Shown here piece after piece: positions 51,870-63,800 of a stretch of 64,000 bases of DNA (its first letter is position 1; every line of letters starts with the position of its first letter). The position numbers and the translations under genes were made by a program. This DNA comes from Eledone cirrhosa (Eukaryota): contig OZ024744.1 in NCBI GenBank assembly GCA_964016885.1, forward strand, positions 135,098,001-135,162,000, read 5' to 3'. The notes under the pieces are model-generated. The model did not search any database. It was given only the letters and a program-made list of their open reading frames with translations, and had not been told where the DNA came from.

Positions 51870-54800
51870 GGGTTAAGTTAAGTTTGGGTTAAGTTGGGGT
51901 TAAATTAAGTTGGGGTTAAGTTAAGTTGGGGTTTAGTTAAGTTGGGGTTAAGTTAAGTTGGGGTTAATTTAAGTTGGGGTTAAGTTAAGTTGCGGGTAAT
52001 TTAAGTTGGGGTTAAGTTAAGTTGGGGTTAAATTAAGTTGGAGTTAAGTTAAGTTGGGGTTAAGTTAAGTTGGGGTTAAGTTAAGTTGGGGGTAAGTTAA
52101 GTTGGTGGTAAGTTAAGTTGGGGGTAAGTTAAGATGGGGTTAAGTTAAGTTGGGGTTAAATTAAGTTGGGGTTAAATTAAGTTGGGGTTAAGTTAAGTTG
52201 GGGGTAAGTTAAGTTGGGGGCAAGTTAAGTTGGGGTTAAGTTAAGTTGGGGTTAAATTAAGTTGGGGTTAAGTTAAGTTGGGGTTAAGTTAAGTGGTGGT
52301 TATGTTAAGTTGGGGTTAAGTTAATTTGGGGTTAAGTTAGGGTTAAGTTAAGTTGGGGTTGAGTTAAGTTGGGGTTAAGTTAAGTTAGGGTTAAGTTAAG
52401 TTGGGGTAAATTTAAGTTGGGGTTAAGTTAAGTTGGGGTTAAGTAAAGTTGGGGTTAAGTTAAGTTAGGGTTAAGTTAAGTTGGGGTTTAATTAAGTTGG
52501 GGTTAAGTTAATTTAGGGTTAAGTTATGGTTAAGTTAAGTTGGGGTTGAGTTAAGTTGGGGATAAGTTAAGTTGGGGTTATGTTAAGATGGGGTTAAGTT
52601 AAGTTGGAGTTAAGTTGAGTTGGGGTTCAGTTAAGTTGCGGTTAATTTAAGTTGGGGTTAAGTTAAGTTGGGGTTAAGTTAAGTTGGGGTTAAGTTAAGT
52701 TGGGGTTAATTTAAGTTGGGGTTAAGTTAAGTTGGGGTTAAGTTAAGTTGGGGTTAATTTAAGTTGGGGTTAAGTTAAGTTGGGGTTAAATTAAGTTGGG
52801 GTTAAGTTAAGTTGGGGTTAAGTTAAGTTGGGGTTAAATTAAGTTGGGGTTAAAGTAAGTTGGGGTTAAGTTAAGTTGGGGGTAAGTTAAGTTGGGGGCA
52901 AGTTAAGTTGGGGTTAAATTAAGTTGGGGTTAAGTTAAGTTGGGGTTAAGTTAAGTTGGGGTTAAGTTAAGTTGGGGTTAAGTTAAATTGGCGTTAAGTT
53001 AAGTTGGGGTAAAGTTAAGTTGGGGTTAATTTAAGTTGGGGTTAAGTTAAGGCGGGGTTAAGTTGAGTTGGGGTTAAGTTAAGTTGGGGTTAAGTTAAGT
53101 TGGGTTGAGTTAATTTGGGGTTAACTTAAGTTGGGGGTACTTAAGTTGGGTTTAAGTTAAGTGGGGTTAAGTTAAGTTGGGGTTAAGTTAAGTTGGGGTT
53201 AAGTTAAGTTGGGGTTAAGTTAGGTTGTCGTTAAGTTAAGTTGGGGGTAAGTTAAGTTGGGTGTAAGTTAAGTTGGGGTTAATTTAAGTTGGGTCTAATT
53301 AAGTTGGGGTTAAGTTAAGTTGGGGTTAAGTTAAGTTGGGGTTGAGTTAATTTGGGGTTAACTTAAGTTGGGGGTACTTAAGTTGGGTTTAAGTTATGTG
53401 GGGTTAAGTTAAGTTGGGGTTAAGTTAAGTTGGGGTTAAGTTAAGTTGGGGGTAAGTTAAGTTGAGGGTAAGTTAAGTTGGGGTTGAGTTAATTTGGGGT
53501 TAAGTTAAGTTGGGGTTATGTTAAGTTGGGGTTAAGTTAAGTTGGGGTTAAGTTGAGTTGGGGTTCAGTTAAGTTGCGGTTAATTTAAGTAGGGGTTAAG
53601 TTAAGTTGGGGTTAATTTAAGTTGGGGTTAAGTTAAGTTGGGCTTAATTTAAGTTGGGGTTAAGTTAAGTTGGGGTTAAGTTAAGTTGGGGTTAAGTTAA
53701 GTTGGGGTTAAGTTAAGTTGGGGTTAAATTAAATTGGGGTTAAGTTAAGTTGGGGTTAAGTTAAGTTGGGGTTAAGATAAGTTGCGGTTAAGTTAAGTTG
53801 GGGTTGAGTTAAGTTGGAGTTGAGTTAATTTGGGGTTAACTTAAGTTGGGGGTACTTAAGTTGGGTTTAAGTTAAGTGGGGTTAAGTTAAGTTGGGGTTA
53901 AGTTAAGTTGGGGTTAAGTTAAGTTGGGGTTAAGTTAGGTTGTGGTTAAGTTAAGTTGGGGGTAAGTTAAGTTGGGGGTAATTTAAGTTGGGGTTAATTT
54001 AAGTTGGGTCTAATTAAGTTGGGGTTAAGTTAAGTTGGGGTTAAGTTAAGTTGGGGTTAAATTAAGTTGGGGTTAAGTTAAGTTTAGGTTAAATTAAGTT
54101 GGGGTTAAGTTAAGTTGGGGTTAAGTTAAGTTGGGGCTAAGTTAAGTTGGGGTTAAATTAAGTTGGGGTTAAATTAAGTTGGGGTTAAGTTAAGTTGGGG
54201 GTAAGTTAAGTTGGGGGCAAGTTAAGTTGGGGTTAAGTTAAGTTGGGGTTAAATTAAGTTGGGGTTAAGTTAAGTTGGTGTTAAGTTAAGTTGGGGTTTA
54301 TTTAAGTTGGGGTTAATTAAGTTGGGGTTAAGTTAAGTTGGGGTTAAGTTAAGTTGGGGTTAATTTAAGTTGGGGTTGAGTTAAGTTGGGGTTAAGTTAA
54401 GTTGGGGTTAAGTTAAGTCGGGGTTAAGTTAAGTCGGGGTTAAGTTAAGTTAGGGTTAAGTTAAGTTGGAGTTAAGTTAAGTTGGGGTTGAGTTAAGTTG
54501 GGGTTGAGTTAAATTGGGGTGGAGTTAAGTTGGGGTTGAGTTAAGTTGGTGTTGAGTTAAGTTGGGGTTAACTTAAGTTGGGGTTAAGTTAAGTTGCAGT
54601 TAAGTTAAGTTGAGTTTAAGTTAAGTTGGGGCTAAGTTAAGTTGGGGCTAAGTTAAGTTGGGGCTAAGTTAAGTTGGGGTTCAGTTAAGTTGGTGTTAAG
54701 TTAAGTTTGGGTTAAGTTGGGGTTAAATGAAGTTGGGGTTAAGTTAAGTTGGGGTTTAGTTAAGTTGGGGTTAAGTTAAGTTGGGGTTGAGTTAAGTTGG

Positions 54801-57800
54801 GGTTGAGTTAAATTGGGGTGGAGTTAAGTTGGGGTTGAGTTAAGTTGGTGTTGAGTTAAGTTGGGGTTAACTTAAGTTGGGGTTAAGTTAAGTTGGGGTT
54901 CAGTTAAGTTGGTGTTAAGTTAAGTTGGGGTTAAGTTGGGGTTAAATGAAGTTGGGGTTAAGTTAAGTTGGGGTTTAGTTAAGTTGGGGTTAAGTTAAGT
55001 TGGGGTTAATTTAAGTTGGGGTTAAGTTAAGTTGGGGTTAAGTTAAGTGGTGGTTATGTTAAGTTGGGGTTAAGTTAAGTTGGGGTTAATTTAAATTGGG
55101 GTTAAGTTAATTTTGTGGTTAAGTTAAGTTGGGGTTAAGTTAAGTCGGGGTTAAGTTAATTTGGGGTTGAGTTAAGTTGGGGTTAATTTAAGTTGGGGCT
55201 AAGTTAATTTGTGGTTAAGTTAAGTTGGGGTTAAGTTAAGTTGGGGTTAAGTTAAGTTGGGGTTGAGTTAAGTTGGGGTTGAGTTAATTTAGGGTTAAGT
55301 TAAGTTGGGGTTAAGTTAAGTTGGGTTTAAGTTAAGTTGGGGTTAAATTAAGTTGGGGTTAAATTAAGTTGGGGTTAAGTTAAGTTGGGGGTAAGTTAAG
55401 TTGGGGGCAAGTTAAGTTGGGGTTAAGTTAAGTTGGGGTTAAATTAAGTTGGGGTTAAGTTAAGTTGGTGTTAATTTAAGTTGGGGTTTATTTAAGTTGG
55501 GGTTAATTAAGTTGGGGTTAAGTTAAGTTGGGGTTAAGTTAAGTTGGGGTTAATTTAAGTTGGGGTTGAGTTAAGTTGCGGTTAAGTTAAGTTGGGTTTA
55601 TATTAAGTTGGGGTTAAGTTAAGTTGGGGTTAAGTTAAGTTAGGGTTAAGTTAAGTTGGGGTTAAGTTAAGTTGGGGCTGAGTTAAGTTGGGGCTGAGTT
55701 AAGTTGGGGTTAAGTTAAGTTGGGGTTGAGTTAAGTTGGGGTTAAGTTAAGTTGGGGTTAAGTTAAGTTGGGGTTAAGTTAAGTTGGGTTTAAGTTAAGT
55801 TGGGGTTTAGTTAAGTTGGGGTTCAGTTAAGTTGGGGTTAAGTTAAGTTTGGGTTAAGTTGGGGTTAAATTAATTTGGGGTTAAGTTAAGTTGGGGTTTA
55901 GTTAAGTTGGGGTTAAGTTAAGTTGGGGTTAATTTAAGTTGGGGTTAAGTTAAGTTGCGGGTAATTTAAGTTGGGGTTAAGTTAAGTTGGGGTTAAGTTA
56001 AGGCGGGGTTAAGTTGAGTTGGGGTTGAGTTAATTTGGGGTTAACTTAAGTTGGGGGTACTTAAGGTGGGTTTAAGTTAAGTGGGGTTAAGTTAAGTTGG
56101 GGTTAAGTTAAGTTGGGGTTAAGTTAAGTTGGGGTTAAGTTAGGTTGTGGTTAAGTTAAGTTGGGGGTAAGTTAAGTTGGGGGTAAGTTAAGTTGCGGTT
56201 AATTTAAGTTGGGTCTAATTAAGTTGGGGTTAAGTTAAGTTGGGGTTAAGTTAAGTTGGGGTTGAGTTAATTTGGGGTTAACTTAAGTTGGGGGTACTTA
56301 AGTTGGATTTAAGTTAAGTCGGGTTAAATTAAGTTGGGGTTAAGTTAAGTTGGGGTTAAGTTAAGTTGGGGGTAAGTTAAGTTGGTGGTAAGTTAAGTTG
56401 GGGGTAAGTTAAGGTGGGGTTAAGTTAAGTTGGGGTTAAGTTAATTTGGGGTTAAGTTATGGTTAAGTTAAGTTGGGGTTGAGTTAATTTGGGGTTAAGT
56501 TAAGTTGGGGTTATGTTAAGTTGGGGTTAAGTTAAGTTGGGGTTAAGTTGAGTTGGGGTTCAGTTAAGTTGCGGTTAATTTAAGTAGGGGTTAAGTTAAG
56601 TTGGGGTTAATTTAAGTTGGGGTTAAGTTAAGTTGGGGTTAATTTAAGTTGGGGTTAAGTTAAGTTGGGGATAAGTTAAGTTGGGGTTAAGTTAAGTTGG
56701 GGGTAAGTTAAGTTGGGGGTAAGTTAAGTTGGGGTTAATTTAAGTTGGGTCTAATTAAGTTGGGGTTAAGTTAAGTTGGGGTTAAGTTAAGTTGGGGTTG
56801 AGTTAATTTGGGCTTAACTTAAGTTGGGGGTACTTAAGTTGGGTTTAAGTTAAGTGGGGTTAAGTTAAGTTGGGGTTAAGTTAAGTTGGGGTTAAGTTAA
56901 GTTGGGGGTAAGTTAAGTTGAGGGTAAGTTAAGTTGGGGTTAATTTAAGTTGGGTCAAATTAAGTTGGGGTTAAGTTAAGTTGGAGTTAAGTTAAGTTGG
57001 GGTTAAATTAAGTTGGGGTTAAGTTAAGTTGGGGTTAAATTAAGTTGGAGTTAAGTTAAGTTGGGGTTAAGTTAAGTTGGGGTTAAGTTAAGTTGGGGGT
57101 AAGTTAAGTTGGTGGTAAGTTAAGTTGGGGGTAATTTAAGATGGGGTTAAGTTAAGTTGGGGTTAAGTTAATTTGGGGTTAAGTTAGGGTTAAGTTAAGT
57201 TGGGTTGATTTAAGTTGGGGTTAAGTTAAGTTGGGGTTATGTTAAGTTGGGGTTAAGTTAAGTTGGGGTTAAGTTGAGTTGGGGTTCAGTTAAGTTGCGG
57301 TTAAGTTAAATTGGGGTTAAGTTAAGTTGGGGTTAAGTTAAGTTGGGGTTACTTTAAGTTGGGGTTAAGTTAAGTTGGGGTTAATTTAAGTTGGGGTTAA
57401 GTTAAGTTGGGGTTAAGTTAAGTTGCGGTTAAATTAAGTTGGGGTTAAGTTAATTTGGGGTTAAGTTAAGTTGGGGTTAAGATAAGTTGGGGTTAAGTTA
57501 AGTAGGGGTTGAGTTAAGTTGGGGTTGAGTTAATTTGGGGTTAACTTAAGTTGGGGGTACTTAAGTTGGGTTTAAGTTAAGTGGCGTTAAGTTAAGTTGG
57601 GGTTAAGTTAAGTTGGGGTTAAGTTAGGATGTGGTTAAGTTAAGTTGGGGTAAGTTAAGTTGGGGGTAAGTTAAGTTGGGGTTAATTTAAGTTGGGTCTA
57701 ATTAAGTTGGGGTTAAGTTAAGTTGGGGTTAAGTTAAATTGGGGTTAAATTAAGTTGGGGTTAAGTTAAGTTGGGGCTAAATTAAGTTTGGGTTAATTAA

Positions 57801-60800
57801 GTTGGGGTTAAGTTAAGTTGGGGTTAAGTTAAGTTGGGGGTAAGTTAAGTTGGTGGTAAGTTAAGTTGGGGGTAAGTTAAGATGGGGTTAAGTTAAGTCG
57901 GGGTTAAGTTAATTTGGGGTTAAGTTAGGGTTAAGTTAAGTTGGGGTTGAGTTAAGTTGGGGTTAAGTTAAGTTGGGGTTATGTTAAGTTGGGGTTAAAT
58001 TAAGTTGGGGTTAAGTTAAGTTGGGGTTAAGTTAAGTTGGTGTTAAGTTAAGTTGGGGCTAAGTTAAGTTGGGGCTGAGTTAAGTTGGGGCTGAGTTAAG
58101 TTGGGGTTAAGTTAAGTTGGGGTTAAGTTAAGTTGGGGTTAAGTTAAGTTGGGGTTAAGTTAAGTTGGGGTTGAGTTAAGTTGGGGTTCAGTTAAGTTGG
58201 GGTTAAGTTAAGTTGGGGTTAAGATGGGGTTAAATTAAGTTGGGGTTAAGTTAAGTTGGGGTTAAGTTAAGTTGGGGTTAAGTTAAGTTGGGGTTAAGTT
58301 AAGTCGGGGTTAAGTTAAGTCGGGGTTAAGTTAAGTTAGGGTTAAGTTAAGTTGGAGTTAAGTTAAGTTGGGGTTGAGTTAAGTTGGGGTTGAGTTAAAT
58401 TGGGGTGGAGTTAAGTTGGGGTTGCGTTAAGTTGGTGTTGAGTTAAGTTGGGGTTAAGTTAAGTTGGGGTTAAGTTAAGTTAGGGTTAAGTTAAGTTGGT
58501 GTTAAGTTAAGTTGGGGCTAAGTTAAGTTGGGGCTGAGTTAAGTTGGGGCTGAGTTAAGTTGGGGTTAAGTTAAGTTGGGGTTGAGTTAAGTTGGGGTTA
58601 AGTTAAGTTTGGGTTAAGTTAAGTTGGGGTTAAGTTAAGTTGGGGTTAAGTTAAGTTGGGGTTTAGTTAAGTTGGGGTTCAGTTAAGTTGGGGTTAAGTT
58701 AAGTTTGGGTTAAGTTGGGGTTAAATTAAGTTGGGGTTAAGTTAAGTTGGGGTTTAGTTAAGTTGGGGTTAAGTTAAGTTGGGGTTAATTTAAGTTGGGG
58801 TTAAGTTAAGTTGCGGGTAATTTAAGTTGGGGTTAAGTTAAGTTGGGTTTAAGTTGAGTTGGGGTTGAGTTAATTTGGGGTTAACTTAAGTTGGGGGTAC
58901 TTAAGGTGGGTTTAAGTTAAGTGGGGTTAAGTTAAGTTGGGGTTAAGTTAAGTTGGGGTTAAGTTAAGTTGGGGTTAAGTTAGGTTGTGGTTAAGTTAAG
59001 TTGGGGGTAAGTTAAGTTGGGGGTAAGTTAAGTTGCGGTTAATTTAAGTTGGGTCTAATTAAGTTGGGGTTAAGTTAAGTTGGGGTTAAGTTAAGTTGGG
59101 GTTGAGTTAATTTGGGGTTAACTTAAGTTGGGGGTACTTAAGTTGGATTTAAGATAAGTCGGGTTAAATTAAGTTGGGGTTAAGTTAAGTTGGGGTTAAG
59201 TTAAGTTGGGGGTAAGTTAAGTTGGTGGTAAGTTAAGTTGGGGTAAGTTAAGGTGGGGTTAAGTTAAGTTGGGGTTAAGTTAATTTGGGGTTAAGTTATG
59301 GTTAAGTTAAGTTGGGGTTGAGTTAATTTGGGGTTAAGTTAAGTTGGGGTTATGTTAAGTTGGGGTTAAGTTAAGTTGGGGTTAAGTTGAGTTGGGGTTC
59401 AGTTAAGTTGCGGTTAATTTAAGTAGGGGTTAAGTTAAGTTGGGGTTAATTTAAGTTGGGGTTAAGTTAAGTTGGGGTTAATTTAAGTTGGGGTTAAGTT
59501 AAGTTGGGGATAAGTTAAGTTGGGGTTAAGTTAAGTTGGGGGTAAGTTAAGTTGGGGGTAAGTTAAGTTGGGGTTAATTTAAGTTGGGTCTAATTAAGTT
59601 GGGGTTAAGTTAAGTTGGGGTTAAGTTAAGTTGGGGTTGAGTTAATTTGGGCTTAACTTAAGTTGGGGGTACTTAAGTTGGGTTTAAGTTAAGTGGGGTT
59701 AAGTTAAGTTGGGGTTAAGTTAAGTTGGGGTTAAGTTAAGTTGGGGGTAAGTTAAGTTGAGGGTAAGTTAAGTTGGGGTTAATTTAAGTTGGGTCAAATT
59801 AAGTTGGGGTTAAGTTAAGTTGGAGTTAAGTTAAGTTGGGGTTAAATTAAGTTGGGGTTAAGTTAAGTTGGGGTTAAATTAAGTTGGAGCTAAGTTAAGT
59901 TGGGGTTAAGTTAAGTTGGGGTTAAGTTAAGTTGGGGGTAAGTTAAGTTGGTGGTAAGTTAAGTTGGGGGTAATTTAAGATGGGGTTAAGTTAAGTTGGG
60001 GTTAAGTTAATTTGGGGTTAAGTTAGGGTTAAGTTAAGTTGGGTTGATTTAAGTTGGGGTTAAGTTAAGTTGGGGTTATGTTAAGTTGGGGTTAAGTTAA
60101 GTTGGGGTTAAGTTGAGTTGGGGTTCAGTTAAGTTGCGGTTAAGTTAAGTTGGGGTTAAGTTAAGTTGGGGTTAAGTTAAGTTGGGGTTACTTTAAGTTG
60201 GGGTTAAGTTAAGTTGGGGTTAATTTAAGTTGGGGTTAAGTTAAGTTGGGGTTAAGTTAAGTTGCGGTTAAATTAAGTTGGGGTTAAGTTAATTTGGGGT
60301 TAAGTTAAGTTGGGGTTAAGATAAGTTGGGGTTAAGTTAAGTAGGGGTTGAGTTAAGTTGGGGTTGAGTTAATTTGGGGTTAACTTAAGTTGGGGGTACT
60401 TAAGTTGGGTTTAAGTTAAGTGGGGTTAAGTTAAGTTGGGGTTAAGTTAAGTTGGGGTTAAGTTAGGATGTGGTTAAGTTAAGTTGGGGTAAGTTAAGTT
60501 GGGGGTAAGTTAAGTTGGGGTTAATTTAAGTTGGGTCTAATTAAGTTGGGGTTAAGTTAAGTTGGGGTTAAGTTAAATTGGGGTTAAATTAAGTTGGGGT
60601 TAAGTTAAGTTGGGGCTAAATTAAGTTTGGGTTAATTAAGTTGGGGTTAAGTTAAGTTGGGGTTAAGTTAAGTTGGGGGTAAGTTAAGTTGGTGGTAAGT
60701 TAAGTTGGGGGTAAGTTAAGATGGGGTTAAGTTAAGTCGGGGTTAAGTTAATTTGGGGTTAAGTTAGGGTTAAGTTAAGTTGGGGTTGAGTTAAGTTGGG

Positions 60801-63800
60801 GTTAAGTTAAGTTGGGGTTAAGTTAAGTTTGGGTTAAGTTGGGGTTAAATTAAGTTGGGGTTAAGTTAAGTTGGGGTTTAGTTAAGTTGGGGTTAAGTTA
60901 AGTTGGGGTTAATTTAAGTTGGGGTTAAGTTAAGTTGCGGGTAATTTAAGTTGGGGTTAAGTTAAGTTGGGGTTAAATTAAGTTGGAGTTAAGTTAAGTT
61001 GGGGTTAAGTTAAGTTGGGGTTAAGTTAAGTTGGGGGTAAGTTAAGTTGGTGGTAAGTTAAGTTGGGGGTAAGTTAAGATGGGGTTAAGTTAAGTTGGGG
61101 TTAAATTAAGTTGGGGTTAAATTAAGTTGGGGTTAAGTTAAGTTGGGGGTAAGTTAAGTTGGGGGCAAGTTAAGTTGGGGTTAAGTTAAGTTGGGGTTAA
61201 ATTAAGTTGGGGTTAAGTTAAGTTGGGGTTAAGTTAAGTGGTGGTTATGTTAAGTTGGGGTTAAGTTAATTTGGGGTTAAGTTAGGGTTAAGTTAAGTTG
61301 GGGTTGAGTTAAGTTGGGGTTAAGTTAAGTTAGGGTTAAGTTAAGTTGGGGTAAATTTAAGTTGGGGTTAAGTTAAGTTGGGGTTAAGTAAAGTTGGGGT
61401 TAAGTTAAGTTGGGGTTAAGTTAAGTTGGGGTTTAATTAAGTTGGGGTTAAGTTAATTTAGGGTTAAGTTATGGTTAAGTTAAGTTGGGGTTGAGTTAAG
61501 TTGGGGATAAGTTAAGTTGGGGTTATGTTAAGATGGGGTTAAGTTAAGTTGGAGTTAAGTTGAGTTGGGGTTCAGTTAAGTTGCGGTTAATTTAAGTTGG
61601 GGTTAAGTTAAGTTGGGGTTAAGTTAAGTTGGGGTTAAGTTAAGTTGGGGTTAATTTAAGTTGGGGTTAAGTTAAGTTGGGGTTAAGTTAAGTTGGGGTT
61701 AATTTAAGTTGGGGTTAAGTTAAGTTGGGGTTAAATTAAGTTGGGGTTAAGTTAAGTTGGGGTTAAGTTAAGTTGGGGTTAAATTAAGTTGGGGTTAAAG
61801 TAAGTTGGGGTTAAGTTAAGTTGGGGGTAAGTTAAGTTGGGGGCAAGTTAAGTTGGGGTTAAATTAAGTTGGGGTTAAGTTAAGTTGGGGTTAAGTTAAG
61901 TTGGGGTTAAGTTAAGTTGGGGTTAAGTTAAATTGGCGTTAAGTTAAGTTGGGGTAAAGTTAAGTTGGGGTTAATTTAAGTTGGGGTTGAGTTAAGTTGG
62001 GGTTCAGTTAAGTTGGGGTTAAGTTAAGTTGGGGTTAAGATGGGGTTAAATTAAGTTGGGGTTAAGTTAAGGCGGGGTTAAGTTGAGTTGGGGTTAAGTT
62101 AAGTTGGGGTTAAGTTAAGTTGGGTTGAGTTAATTTGGGGTTAACTTAAGTTGGGGGTACTTAAGTTGGGTTTAAGTTAAGTGGGGTTAAGTTAAGTTGG
62201 GGTTAAGTTAAGTTGGGGTTAAGTTAAGTTGGGGTTAAGTTAGGTTGTCGTTAAGTTAAGTTGGGGGTAAGTTAAGTTGGGTGTAAGTTAAGTTGGGGTT
62301 AATTTAAGTTGGGTCTAATTAAGTTGGGGTTAAGTTAAGTTGGGGTTAAGTTAAGTTGGGGTTGAGTTAATTTGGGGTTAACTTAAGTTGGGGGTACTTA
62401 AGTTGGGTTTAAGTTATGTGGGGTTAAGTTAAGTTGGGGTTAAGTTAAGTTGGGGTTAAGTTAAGTTGGGGGTAAGTTAAGTTGAGGGTAAGTTAAGTTG
62501 GGGTTGAGTTAATTTGGGGTTAAGTTAAGTTGGGGTTATGTTAAGTTGGGGTTAAGTTAAGTTGGGGTTAAGTTGAGTTGGGGTTCAGTTAAGTTGCGGT
62601 TAATTTAAGTAGGGGTTAAGTTAAGTTGGGGTTAATTTAAGTTGGGGTTAAGTTAAGTTGGGCTTAATTTAAGTTGGGGTTAAGTTAAGTTGGGGTTAAG
62701 TTAAGTTGGGGTTAAGTTAAGTTGGGGTTAAGTTAAGTTGGGGTTAAATTAAATTGGGGTTAAGTTAAGTTGGGGTTAAGTTAAGTTGGGGTTAAGATAA
62801 GTTGGGGTTAAGTTAAGTTGGGGTTGAGTTAAGTTGGAGTTGAGTTAATTTGGGGTTAACTTAAGTTGGGGGTACTTAAGTTGGGTTTAAGTTAAGTGGG
62901 GTTAAGTTAAGTTGGGGTTAAGTTAAGTTGGGGTTAAATTAAGTTGGGGTTAAGTTAGGTTGTGGTTAAGTTAAGTTGGGGGTAAGTTAAGTTGGGGGTA
63001 ATTTAAGTTGGGGTTAATTTAAGTTGGGTCTAATTAAGTTGGGGTTAAGTTAAGTTGGGGTTAAGTTAAGTTGGGGTTAAATTAAGTTGGGGTTAAGTTA
63101 AGTTGAGGTTAAATTAAGTTGGGGTTAAGTTAAGTTGGGGTTAAGTTAAGTTGGGGCTAAGTTAAGTTGGGGTTAAATTAAGTTGGGGTTAAATTAAGTT
63201 GGGGTTAAGTTAAGTTGGGGGTAAGTTAAGTTGGGGGCAAGTTAAGTTGGGGTTAAGTTAAGTTGGGGTTAAATTAAGTTGGGGTTAAGTTAAGTTGGTG
63301 TTAAGTTAAGTTGGGGTTTATTTAAGTTGGGGTTAATTAAGTTGGGGTTAAGTTAAGTTGGGGTTAAGTTAAGTTGGGGTTAATTTAAGTTGGGGTTGAG
63401 TTAAGTTGGGGTTAAGTTAAGTTGGGGTTAAGTTAAGTCGGGGTTAAGTTAAGTCGGGGTTAAGTTAAGTTAGGGTTAAGTTAAGTTGGAGTTAAGTTAA
63501 GTTGGGGTTGAGTTAAGTTGGGGTTGAGTTAAATTGGGGTGGAGTTAAGTTGGGGTTGAGTTAAGTTGGTGTTGAGTTAAGTTGGGGTTAACTTAAGTTG
63601 GGGTTAAGTTAAGTTGCAGTTAAGTTAAGTTGAGTTTAAGTTAAGTTGGGGCTAAGTTAAGTTGGGGCTAAGTTAAGTTGGGGCTAAGTTAAGTTGGGGC
63701 TAAGTTAAGTTGGGGTTCAGTTAAGTTGGTGTTAAGTTAAGTTTGGGTTAATTTGGGGTTAAATGAAGTTGGGGTTAAGTTAAGTTGGGGTTTAGTTAAG

